From positions 128,001 through 192,000 of IMG/VR virus record IMGVR_UViG_3300031420_000003: a stretch of 64,000 nucleotides of DNA, one strand, 5' to 3'. The translations under genes were made by a program, and so were the position numbers. This DNA is from a virus. Numbering within the stretch: the stretch's first letter is position 1; each line of letters begins with the position of its first letter. This document shows positions 17,435-25,224 of the stretch, one piece after another. The notes beneath the pieces were generated by a model. It ran no database searches and was not told where the DNA came from. It saw nothing but the letters and a program-made list of their open reading frames with translations.

Positions 17435-18178
17435 TTAACCGGCGCGCATCGGCTTTTGAACCAAGAGTTCAACCAGTGGTTCAATCTGCGGGTCTTTCAT
17501 TAACGCATCTACTGTCGGCCATTCTGCAACCGGGTAGGTCAGTGCGAAACTCAGGTACTGAAGCTTACCGTTGTCCTGCACGCCTATGGCATGTTTACCA
17601 ATCCGGATTTCGGCTAACGCACTCGTTGCAAATCCACGGGTGTCACTGACCCACTGCAGCGTACGGCTCACTAAGAGCTTGCGCACACTGTGGTTATAAC
17701 GATGGGTTGCACTCCACATGAACTTGGTTGGCCAACCGTCTTTACTTTCCATGTCTTCTACCGCAATATTCGTAAAGCAACCACGCTTCAGGAACTTGTT
17801 GAATTCCAACAAGTACCCCAGTTCGGGTAAGTCCCGTTCCAGCGAATCGAGGTCACGATCGTTTGCCAGTACCATCAAGGCCGGCTTACGAGCGATACGC
17901 GTAAAGAAGAAACGAGAAAGTGCTTGGCGGAACCCCTTCCACTTCGCCATTGGGGTCAATGGGTCGTTGGTAGGTCCATCCATCTTAAACGGGGTCTGAA
18001 GTGCAGTCACCTCATCCGTTACCAGATTAATTATCGCGGTACGAATTGTGCGAACAGACCGGTTGGTGGCACGCTCACGGTAGAAGACCAGACGACGCTT
18101 GTGGTCGGTGGAAATCATTGTGGACATGATATCAACGGTTTGCTGCATTTCTTCGTAGGTTGCAAATAATTTAGCCAT
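17435..18178 (-). CDS. hypothetical protein, paralog array A (1/3)
   Basis: C-terminal LSFALTYPVAEWPTVDALM. Confidence 0.75.
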   Translation of the reverse strand: MAKLFATYEEMQQTVDIMSTMISTDHKRRLVFYRERATNRSVRTIRTAIINLVTDEVTALQTPFKMDGPTNDPLTPMAKWKGFRQALSRFFFTRIARKPALMVLANDRDLDSLERDLPELGYLLEFNKFLKRGCFTNIAVEDMESKDGWPTKFMWSATHRYNHSVRKLLVSRTLQWVSDTRGFATSALAEIRIGKHAIGVQDNGKLQYLSFALTYPVAEWPTVDALMKDPQIEPLVELLVQKPMRAG

Positions 18179-18230
18179 TTCTATTTTCTCTCAATTAAGG
18201 TTTGGCTGTCTTTGACCGGACAGCGGCGGC

Positions 18231-18257
18231 TATAACATCGGCACGTACTGTAATTTT
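18231..18257 (-). promoter_or_regulatory. class-2 promoter variant
   Basis: Minus strand AAAATTACAG-N13-TATA; resembles phiKZ middle-promoter AAanntTAC element. Confidence 0.4.
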
Positions 18258-18903
18258 AGAGGTGGGCGAAGTCCGCTTTCAGAATCCAGCGGTTCGCAGA
18301 AAAGCCCATGTCGAACATCGGCTTTATCCATGAGTTGTCCAATGCCTGAACCAGCAGGCGACAGCCTTGTCCGTTAGCGAAGGCTTGCACCAGTTTGATA
18401 TCTTCAACCATCTTCGGTTCGTAGTCACCCATGACCAGTACCGAGTAGGAGTTAAGGTCTTCGAGGTACGTGCCCATTATCTTCTTCTCACCGCAGACAA
18501 TGGACACATAGACATCATCACGCTCCACTTCGAACGGTGGCAGTGATTCATCAAACGGTGGGTTGTCCATCAGGAACGTCAGGCCTTCTACAGACCAGTC
18601 ATCCCCTTTTGGAAAGTCATCGAAGTCGCTGTAGTAAACGCGCACGGATTTGGCTTGGGTATAGTGGAGGGCGAGTGATTTGATAGACGCTTTATTTAAG
18701 CCGCCTTGAATCACCACACTGACTACATCGTCGTCGACGTAGCAGATGGCAAGCTTCTCGACTTCCATGTGGGCGTTCAGGTAAGCGAACTGGTCAAAGG
18801 TCACTGACTCAATCGAGGTTAAGAAGAGCTCCACGCTTTCACGCAACGCTTGAACGGATGGGGCGAATTGAACATCCAACAGAGACTGGACTGGTGTTAA
18901 CAT
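18256..18903 (-). CDS. tandem GNAT-fold protein (degenerate)
   Basis: C-terminal LLVQALDNSWIKPMFDMGFS similar to FLVGLVDNNGPYVMPLFELGFV of 7922 ORF. Confidence 0.5.
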   Translation of the reverse strand: MLTPVQSLLDVQFAPSVQALRESVELFLTSIESVTFDQFAYLNAHMEVEKLAICYVDDDVVSVVIQGGLNKASIKSLALHYTQAKSVRVYYSDFDDFPKGDDWSVEGLTFLMDNPPFDESLPPFEVERDDVYVSIVCGEKKIMGTYLEDLNSYSVLVMGDYEPKMVEDIKLVQAFANGQGCRLLVQALDNSWIKPMFDMGFSANRWILKADFAHL

Positions 18904-18925
18904 AATGGATTACTCCTTTCAATTT

Positions 18926-18964
18926 AAATAAAAAATAAGGGCACCCGAAGGTGCCTCTTTTATT
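18926..18964 (-). terminator. intrinsic terminator (UUCG loop)
   Basis: GGCACC-cgaa-GGTGCC flanked by A and T runs. Confidence 0.75.
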
Positions 18965-19169
18965 TGCCGAGAAGGACATCAATCTGCTTGCGCAGAGTTT
19001 CGACATCCTTCCAGCGATTTTCGACCATTGCTTGATGCAGGTCTGTGCACAATACAGCCAGACGCACGCCATAGTTCTCAGGCTTGCGGCGCTCCACGAC
19101 GGGAGCAGCGACTGGTGCTACTTCTTTGGTGGTGAAACGGCTGACGATGGACAGAACTGCATTAAACAT
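18960..19169 (-). CDS. small early protein with UVR-like helical hairpin
   Basis: LCTDLHQAMVENRWKDVETLRKQIDVL; AAGGAG RBS. Confidence 0.7.
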   Translation of the reverse strand: MFNAVLSIVSRFTTKEVAPVAAPVVERRKPENYGVRLAVLCTDLHQAMVENRWKDVETLRKQIDVLLGK

Positions 19170-19204
19170 GGTGTACTCCTTGTTTGAGGGGGAGGGTGTT
19201 TATA

Positions 19205-19510
19205 TTAGACATCTAAGAACGGGAACTCACCGCGTGCTTTACGGGCACGGTAGGTGCTCAGGTTTTTAGGCATTGCTAACTGGAAGCCAGTGTCTTCGTT
19301 CATTTCACGCAGCAGACGCAGAGCGGCTAAGCAACGTGCCATTTTACGGCTGTCGTTACGAGAGTGTGCATGAGACAGTGCAACACCAACGCGTGCAACT
19401 TCTTCGCCAAAGAAGCCCAGTTCTTTATCAGCAACGATAGTATTGTCCAGTGGATTCTTAACAGTAGTTGCAGTAGTGTCTTCGCCGAACAGTTTAGATA
19501 ATAAGCCCAT
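19205..19510 (-). CDS. small early protein
   Basis: First ORF after class-1 promoter; amphipathic MGLLSKLFG start. Confidence 0.75.
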   Translation of the reverse strand: MGLLSKLFGEDTTATTVKNPLDNTIVADKELGFFGEEVARVGVALSHAHSRNDSRKMARCLAALRLLREMNEDTGFQLAMPKNLSTYRARKARGEFPFLDV

Positions 19511-19569
19511 GATAAATTTCCTTTTGTTTAAGTGGATTAGAAGAGAGTATTAATATTCTCTCACCTTAA

Positions 19570-19586
19570 TTATATCTATCTGAAAT
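19570..19586 (-). promoter_or_regulatory. class-1 promoter
   Basis: Minus strand ATTTCAGATAGATATAA followed by TTAAGGTGA. Confidence 0.7.
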
Positions 19587-19606
19587 AAAATCCAATCGCA
19601 CTTAGA

Positions 19607-19642
19607 CAAAAAAAGAAGCGGGGGCAATTTAAGCCCCCATTT
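19607..19642 (-). terminator. intrinsic terminator
   Basis: GGGGGC/GCCCCC stem with A-run on +. Confidence 0.65.
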
Positions 19643-19646
19643 TCTA

Positions 19647-19937
19647 CTACTTGTACAACACTGATTTCACTATCTGCGAGATACGCGGTTCAGTGACCTG
19701 ATACATCACGGCCTGCGTCTTGTTGGTAATCCCGGCCAGATACGCGAGGGTGATGTTGAGGTTACGCATTCGGGTCATCAGTCGTGCCACTTCATTGAAA
19801 TGACAGATGTACGTAAAAGGTATCACGCCCTCTTCGGGAAGTAACGCCACCGTCTCATCCAACTTCTTTCGAGTACGCGCCAAGGCACGGCGAATACCTG
19901 CTCGCTTTAATGCCTTTGTTTCAACTGACATTCCCAT
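19647..19937 (-). CDS. HTH protein (sigma region-4-like C-terminus)
   Basis: GITNKTQAVMYQVTEPRISQIVK. Confidence 0.55.
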   Translation of the reverse strand: MGMSVETKALKRAGIRRALARTRKKLDETVALLPEEGVIPFTYICHFNEVARLMTRMRNLNITLAYLAGITNKTQAVMYQVTEPRISQIVKSVLYK

Positions 19938-19946
19938 GACAATTCC

Positions 19947-20297
19947 TTAGTGCAAACGCAATTCGTGGTGGACTTTGAATCCTGCCCCTTTGATACGGGT
20001 CTGGTATTCTAAGGCCGACTCCACATGCACACGCACTTGGGTTTGGTTGTCTTTGTTACGCAGGGCAACTTCGAAGTCTAACCCGAGTTTCTTCGCCACC
20101 GTCATTAATGCATCCAGCGACACCATGTCTTTCTTGTCGTTCTTGATGTTGCTGATGATAGATGAAGATACGCCACACACCGCTGCGATTTCACGCTGAG
20201 TGTGTTTGTAGTTCAGGCGAGCGATAACCAGAGAAAGCTGGTTTAAGAATTGATTCTTGGCACGATTAAGATCGACACACTTGGTACGTTTAGCCAT
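19947..20297 (-). CDS. XRE-family HTH transcriptional regulator
   Basis: TQREIAAVCGVSSSIISNIKN...VSLDALMTVAKKLG. Confidence 0.85.
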   Translation of the reverse strand: MAKRTKCVDLNRAKNQFLNQLSLVIARLNYKHTQREIAAVCGVSSSIISNIKNDKKDMVSLDALMTVAKKLGLDFEVALRNKDNQTQVRVHVESALEYQTRIKGAGFKVHHELRLH

Positions 20298-20317
20298 GAT
20301 ATTACTCCTTACAGGTT

Positions 20318-20737
20318 TCAGTTCGGACGACGATAGAAAGGGATATAAATAGCGGTGCCACAGACACGGCCTAAGCGACGGGTGGATTCAGTCAGACGTC
20401 CTGCATCAATGACGATACACGGGGTGACTTGGCCACACGGCTCTTCTAATGGACTGTAGTCTTGGGGCTTCAGCTCCCATGTGGTGATGATAATCTTCTC
20501 GTCGAGAAGCTTCTGGAGTTTGTACACGGTATCCATATCCATGCGGGCATGGAAAGCCCCGCCACGGTGGGTCAGGCTTGGCCTCTGATCGTGTGGGAGG
20601 TTTGACCACATGCCTTGTGAACAATCGTTGCGAAACGGTTGGGCGTGTTTCACGATAAGGCGGTTAATCGCATAGCTTCTTAATGCATCGCTAAGTCCAT
20701 CAGCGAAGACTTCTTTTACAAATTCAGTTCCAGTCAT
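20318..20737 (-). CDS. hypothetical protein, paralog of 20797..21183
   Basis: ITTWEL..VTPCIVIDA..RRLGR..IYIPFY. Confidence 0.75.
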   Translation of the reverse strand: MTGTEFVKEVFADGLSDALRSYAINRLIVKHAQPFRNDCSQGMWSNLPHDQRPSLTHRGGAFHARMDMDTVYKLQKLLDEKIIITTWELKPQDYSPLEEPCGQVTPCIVIDAGRLTESTRRLGRVCGTAIYIPFYRRPN

Positions 20738-20761
20738 TTATTACTCCTTACAATTAATGAG

Positions 20762-20790
20762 AAAAAGGGAACACCCTTTCGGATGTTCCC
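20762..20790 (-). terminator. intrinsic terminator
   Basis: GGGAACA-CC/GG-ATGTTCCC hairpin. Confidence 0.65.
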
Positions 20791-20796
20791 CACAGC

Positions 20797-21183
20797 TTAG
20801 ATAACGTCGATGTAGATTGGAATGTAAATCTGGCCGTGATGTTTGCGACCGAAGTCACGCACTTCACCAGTGACCAGCCATGCGGGTATGGCTACACACG
20901 GGGTTGTGACCGGATGGATTTTGGTTTTAGTTTCACTGTCCGGTATATCAATTTCCCATGTGTCTACAGTAACCTTGCGGTGTAATATCTTACACAGCTT
21001 TTGGTACGCTTCATCATCGAACTTCACACGACCCTGATGGAACTGTGGAATCGTGGGACGCACGTAACCGGGCTTGTGGTAACTCACCACATTGCGGAAA
21101 CTGCATCCGTGTTTTCTTACCCAATGCGCAACGCGCAGTTTAACAAAAAACTCTACTACACTTTCTTTCATTAAATAGAACAT
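20797..21183 (-). CDS. hypothetical early protein, paralog of 20318..20737
   Basis: VDTWEI..TTPCVAIPA..RDFGR..IYIPIY; GAGGAG RBS. Confidence 0.75.
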   Translation of the reverse strand: MFYLMKESVVEFFVKLRVAHWVRKHGCSFRNVVSYHKPGYVRPTIPQFHQGRVKFDDEAYQKLCKILHRKVTVDTWEIDIPDSETKTKIHPVTTPCVAIPAWLVTGEVRDFGRKHHGQIYIPIYIDVI

Positions 21184-21268
21184 GGTATTTCTCCTCTGTT
21201 ATGTTCCCATCTTTTTTATTTCCTTTTTGGTCGGCATTAATCAAGTGATTGCTTAATACTCACAATGA

Positions 21269-21285
21269 TAATATCTACCTGTAAA
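21269..21285 (-). promoter_or_regulatory. class-1 promoter
   Basis: Minus strand TTTACAGGTAGATATTA followed by TCATTGTGA. Confidence 0.6.
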
Positions 21286-21295
21286 AATTTAGGAT

Positions 21296-21331
21296 AAAAG
21301 AAAAGACCCCTACTCTTTTGGAGTAGGGGGT
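21296..21331 (-). terminator. intrinsic terminator
   Basis: CCCCTACTC/GAGTAGGGG stem with A-run on +. Confidence 0.75.
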
Positions 21332-21340
21332 ACTGCTTTT

Positions 21341-21964
21341 TTATCGGGTCAGCTCATGGACTAACTTTGCAATAGCGCTCGGGCCGATTTCTCCAGTGGG
21401 CATCGCGATGTGGTTACACCGGGTACCACCTTCGGTCAGGACGTGCAGTGCGAAACGAAACTTCTCGCGCAGCCCATTCCACGACTCTTCGTTCTGAGTG
21501 TATTTGTAGGTCAGGACATCGTCCTCCCACGGCTTGCCTTCTTGTTCGCGTCTCTGACGAGCGCGTTTCATTGCTGTGTTGTAGTCTACATCTAACGAGA
21601 TGAAGACGTGGGGCGGTGCCATCTGTTCGATAATGCCTGAACGGAAAGCAGCCACCTTACCGGCTTCACCTTGATGGACTGTGGTACTCGCGAGGAAGTG
21701 GTCCATAAACAAGAAGTCCACGTCCTGATTCTCAGGCGCGTTTAGGGTTGCGTGGAAATCAGCAACCATGGCTTCTGCGACGCGTTCACTCGAGGCTGAC
21801 TGGAGCAGGAGACGACGTGCCTCTTGTCCGGTCGGGGAATCAATACGGGGGTTGCCGTAGGACTTAACCGTGTAGCCTAACACCTCTAACATGGCTTGCA
21901 CTTTAGCGCGCAGATAGGTCTTACCGGCGTAGTCAGGGCCGTCCCAAGAAACTATTTTTCTCAC
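21341..21964 (-). CDS. tmk: thymidylate kinase-like deoxynucleotide kinase
   Basis: IVSWDGPDYAGKT P-loop, FLFMDHFLASTTVHQG, PPHVFISLDVDYNTAMKR; start re-called at GTG 21964. Confidence 0.85.
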   Translation of the reverse strand: MRKIVSWDGPDYAGKTYLRAKVQAMLEVLGYTVKSYGNPRIDSPTGQEARRLLLQSASSERVAEAMVADFHATLNAPENQDVDFLFMDHFLASTTVHQGEAGKVAAFRSGIIEQMAPPHVFISLDVDYNTAMKRARQRREQEGKPWEDDVLTYKYTQNEESWNGLREKFRFALHVLTEGGTRCNHIAMPTGEIGPSAIAKLVHELTR

Positions 21965-22036
21965 GTTGTTTATTTCCGTATTCACTGCTGCGGATTGGTC
22001 AAATAATGGGCAGCATCTGTAATTAGTGTTGGGACT

Positions 22037-22071
22037 AAAGAAAATAACAATTCCACCTCCGAAGAGGTGGA
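22037..22071 (-). terminator. intrinsic terminator (UUCG loop)
   Basis: TCCACCTC-cgaa-GAGGTGGA. Confidence 0.75.
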
Positions 22072-22076
22072 GACTG

Positions 22077-22667
22077 TTACTGATGATCAACGACCGGCTC
22101 TGACCAATCCCCGTCGGTCGCTGGCATATCAAGGCCAACAGCTTGGGCACTGGTGATAACGAGTGGCAGCAGTCCACGCTCGGCAAGGTAGTGTTGCAGA
22201 CGATACGACTGGATATCGCTCTCTACAATCACAAGCTCAGCCGTCTTCATCAGTTCGATGGCGGCGGTGGCTTCTTGCAAACTTGCGGGACTTTTGGTTT
22301 CGTTGATAATCGACGTCAGACGCTGACGGGCTAAGCCTGCAACGTTACACGTCTTCTCACGTAAGTCCACAATACCCTCACGGGTCATGGGAACCTCCTG
22401 TGGGGTGCGCAGCAAACCACGGTACGGTGACTTGTGACGCTTTTGGTGAATCACACAAATCGCTTTGTGCAGAATACCTTTAACACGGTTGAAATCCCGG
22501 GACGACGGAGGACGTTTCATTTTGGCCACTTTACAGGCAATCTCCACCACGGTTGCAATGTGATAGAGTCGCTTGTAACGTCCGCGATGAACGGCAACAG
22601 TCGGAGGGATTTCTTTTTTGGTCGTTACAGATTTATTGGCGATTAAAATAATCGAGTCGAGTATCAT
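22077..22667 (-). CDS. hypothetical protein
   Basis: 196-aa ORF, GGAGGG RBS. Confidence 0.75.
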   Translation of the reverse strand: MILDSIILIANKSVTTKKEIPPTVAVHRGRYKRLYHIATVVEIACKVAKMKRPPSSRDFNRVKGILHKAICVIHQKRHKSPYRGLLRTPQEVPMTREGIVDLREKTCNVAGLARQRLTSIINETKSPASLQEATAAIELMKTAELVIVESDIQSYRLQHYLAERGLLPLVITSAQAVGLDMPATDGDWSEPVVDHQ

Positions 22668-22675
22668 CTTCCCTC

Positions 22676-23053
22676 CTAAAAGCCGTTAACAACAGCACGG
22701 ACGAACTCATATACCGTGCGTTTGTGGGCCTCTAGCGGAAAGCCAAACCCTTGGTAGTCGTCGCACCACCGCACGATAAGGCTATTATCGTGGTCAGGTT
22801 GACGGATGTAAGAACGCAGCACCAACAGATACTCGTGGTCGGCACGGAAGTTCAGGACAATCTCACCGTGGGCAGAACGAACACTCAGGCACACCCGATT
22901 CACGCCTGCCCCAATCGGTTCGCAGGTCACTGCCACACGGGGCGCATCATCGGTGTGCTCAAGGACGTAAACCACATCGTGCAGTTTGCCGTCCTTGTTT
23001 AACTCTTGCCGGTTTAATGCGTCGGCGAAGCGCTCAAGGTCTCGATAGAACAT
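22676..23053 (-). CDS. hypothetical protein
   Basis: 125-aa ORF, GGAG RBS. Confidence 0.7.
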   Translation of the reverse strand: MFYRDLERFADALNRQELNKDGKLHDVVYVLEHTDDAPRVAVTCEPIGAGVNRVCLSVRSAHGEIVLNFRADHEYLLVLRSYIRQPDHDNSLIVRWCDDYQGFGFPLEAHKRTVYEFVRAVVNGF

Positions 23054-23604
23054 TTCTCCAGCCTCTTGTCACGACAGTACGGCAGTTTGCTAAACATGCA
23101 CCATGGGTCGGTTGTGGTTAAAGAGCGCATTGAAATGTAACGCCAGTAGAACATCAGGTATTTGTAGAACGTGGCCATGGAAACATCCTTATCGGTTGCC
23201 AACAAGTAATCGTACTCGCCGGTGGTGATACGAATGCCGGTAAAGACCACGCCATCAATTGCCTGACTCCAAGGGACCACTTTTACCGGGTCATGTTCCA
23301 TTCCGACTTGGAAGGCTTTCTGACCCGTCCAGTAAATGCCCTGCGTTGTTGCGTTACAGGTTTTGCGAAGTTCTGAAGCGTGGCACACATGCTCAAAGCT
23401 CGCACGTTGCTGGGCATCACAGGTCGTCATTAACCGTTGTACATCTTCATCCGTCAGGTACTGCGAAAGACCGGGTGGTAAACGCCAGAACTGTCCCATC
23501 GCCCGAACGGTACGCCAGCCGGGACGGTGGATAGGAGCAAAGCGTTTAATGCCGAAGGTAAAACGTTGACCGCTGTGATGCGGTACCGTGCGAAAGTGAG
23601 TCAT
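23014..23604 (-). CDS. hypothetical protein
   Basis: 196-aa ORF in operon. Confidence 0.7.
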   Translation of the reverse strand: MTHFRTVPHHSGQRFTFGIKRFAPIHRPGWRTVRAMGQFWRLPPGLSQYLTDEDVQRLMTTCDAQQRASFEHVCHASELRKTCNATTQGIYWTGQKAFQVGMEHDPVKVVPWSQAIDGVVFTGIRITTGEYDYLLATDKDVSMATFYKYLMFYWRYISMRSLTTTDPWCMFSKLPYCRDKRLEKCSIETLSASPTH

Positions 23605-23605
23605 G

Positions 23606-24073
23606 TTAGAGCTCCAGAGTCATACCCCGGTTCTCGGTTTGAAAGCCCATGGATTCGTACAGGCGTTGTGCAGACGTGTTGTTGTCCAGCACGTAGAGTT
23701 GTGCCCACTGACAGCCTTTACTCCGGCCGTAGTTCTGTGTCCACTCCATTAATGCTTTGCCTGTGCCCCGTCCGCGTTCCGTTTCCGAAACAAAGAAGTT
23801 GTGAATCCAGAGGAACCGATCACCCGAGGTGCTGTATGAGAAATGTAGAAAACCGAGCAACGTATCCGTTGACTCATCAATGGCCAATGCCATGCTTTCA
23901 CCGGGACCCCATTTAGAATCGAGACTCCCGAACTGGCGGTATGCGTGACGCCCGTTGATTTCTTTGACCAACGGTTGCATCGTCGCAAACAGACTCCGAT
24001 ACTGCAGGAGTATCTGGTTGTGAAACTTCTTCCCCAGTGGTGAGGTGGGCGAAAGGGCAACTTTAATAATCAT
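23606..24073 (-). CDS. GNAT family N-acetyltransferase
   Basis: LWIHNFFVSETERGRGTGKALM, LYVLDNNTSAQRLYESMGF. Confidence 0.93.
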   Translation of the reverse strand: MIIKVALSPTSPLGKKFHNQILLQYRSLFATMQPLVKEINGRHAYRQFGSLDSKWGPGESMALAIDESTDTLLGFLHFSYSTSGDRFLWIHNFFVSETERGRGTGKALMEWTQNYGRSKGCQWAQLYVLDNNTSAQRLYESMGFQTENRGMTLEL

Positions 24074-25212
24074 TACCCCTCCTTGATAGACAGGCGGACG
24101 TATTCCAGCAGGCCTTCTGTTGAACGCACCATAGCCGTAACAAACCCGTCGTTCAGTGCCATAGACGACTTGTAGTAGCCCGTGACACGACGCAGGTCTT
24201 TTAAGGCCACTGTCTTCAGTTCTTTCTTCAGCGTTTCAGCTTCTTCATCCACGGCTGTGTAGCCAGTGAGTTTACGCTTGACGCCGAGGGCCCGCAGAGT
24301 CTCAATGGCTTTCTCTGCACCGTCGAGCGCCCGTTCACAGTCAGCTTTCGACAACGCTGGGATAGTGTGGCCGTAATCGCCGTCTTTGGCAACCGCGTAG
24401 GTAATGTTACCCTTGATGCGCTCAACGATAATCACATTGCCGCCAAAGCAGGTGGCCGTGATTTCTTTCGCTGGACTCACGATGCCAATCAGTCGACAGG
24501 CGCGTTTGATTGCCCAACCGGTTGACCGCCCCAGTTTTGCCACCGTACCGTCGTCCATCTCTTTCTTGCCTTTCATCACGCTGCGGACATGCACCGTGAA
24601 TTCATCCACGCGGGCTTCAATGACTTTGGTGTGTCCGGCAAACTCAATGGTCTTATCGAGGTCGACTTTATCTTCAAAGCATACCTTCGAGGTCCACGTC
24701 CCGGTATCCACGGTACCCTTGCCAAGCTCACCGGCTTCACTCAATGCTTTACGCAGTTTGTGCAGCTGGTTCTCCAGCACGGTTGCCTTGTTGACCACAT
24801 GCTTAATTTTCTTTGTGGTGTCTTTGGCAAGTTCATCCGCAAAGTCCACAAAGCGCATGGCCAACTGGTGAGAGGTACGCCCGGCTGCAACGCCTGCGGC
24901 CTTTACCCCTTTCCCAGCAACCCGACCAGCAACGTTCGCCACCTTAGCAACACCCTTGCCGGCTTTGCCAATGGCCTTACGGCTATAGACGTCGGCAACA
25001 CTGCCAAACCGGGCAGCATCGTGAACGGCTTGGGCCCGTTCCATGGGTGTGGACTCACCCGCAACAAAGTGGCCTGTGTCATCAGACAAACACCACCGCT
25101 GACGGATTGCCGCAATTGCAGGATAGTCGGGACCCGCACCCAATGCTTCTAACGCCACTAAACGATCCCAATCATCGTTTAAGACTTCCAAATCTTTCTC
25201 GAGTGCGAACAT
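24073..25212 (-). CDS. internal head protein (phiKZ internal-protein-like), protease-processed
   Basis: N-terminal VALE/VAGE cleavage-type motifs; paralog of 25225 ORF (GTWTSKVCFED, GGNVII, IPALSKADC). Confidence 0.7.
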   Translation of the reverse strand: MFALEKDLEVLNDDWDRLVALEALGAGPDYPAIAAIRQRWCLSDDTGHFVAGESTPMERAQAVHDAARFGSVADVYSRKAIGKAGKGVAKVANVAGRVAGKGVKAAGVAAGRTSHQLAMRFVDFADELAKDTTKKIKHVVNKATVLENQLHKLRKALSEAGELGKGTVDTGTWTSKVCFEDKVDLDKTIEFAGHTKVIEARVDEFTVHVRSVMKGKKEMDDGTVAKLGRSTGWAIKRACRLIGIVSPAKEITATCFGGNVIIVERIKGNITYAVAKDGDYGHTIPALSKADCERALDGAEKAIETLRALGVKRKLTGYTAVDEEAETLKKELKTVALKDLRRVTGYYKSSMALNDGFVTAMVRSTEGLLEYVRLSIKEG

Positions 25213-25224
25213 CGCTGTCTCCTA

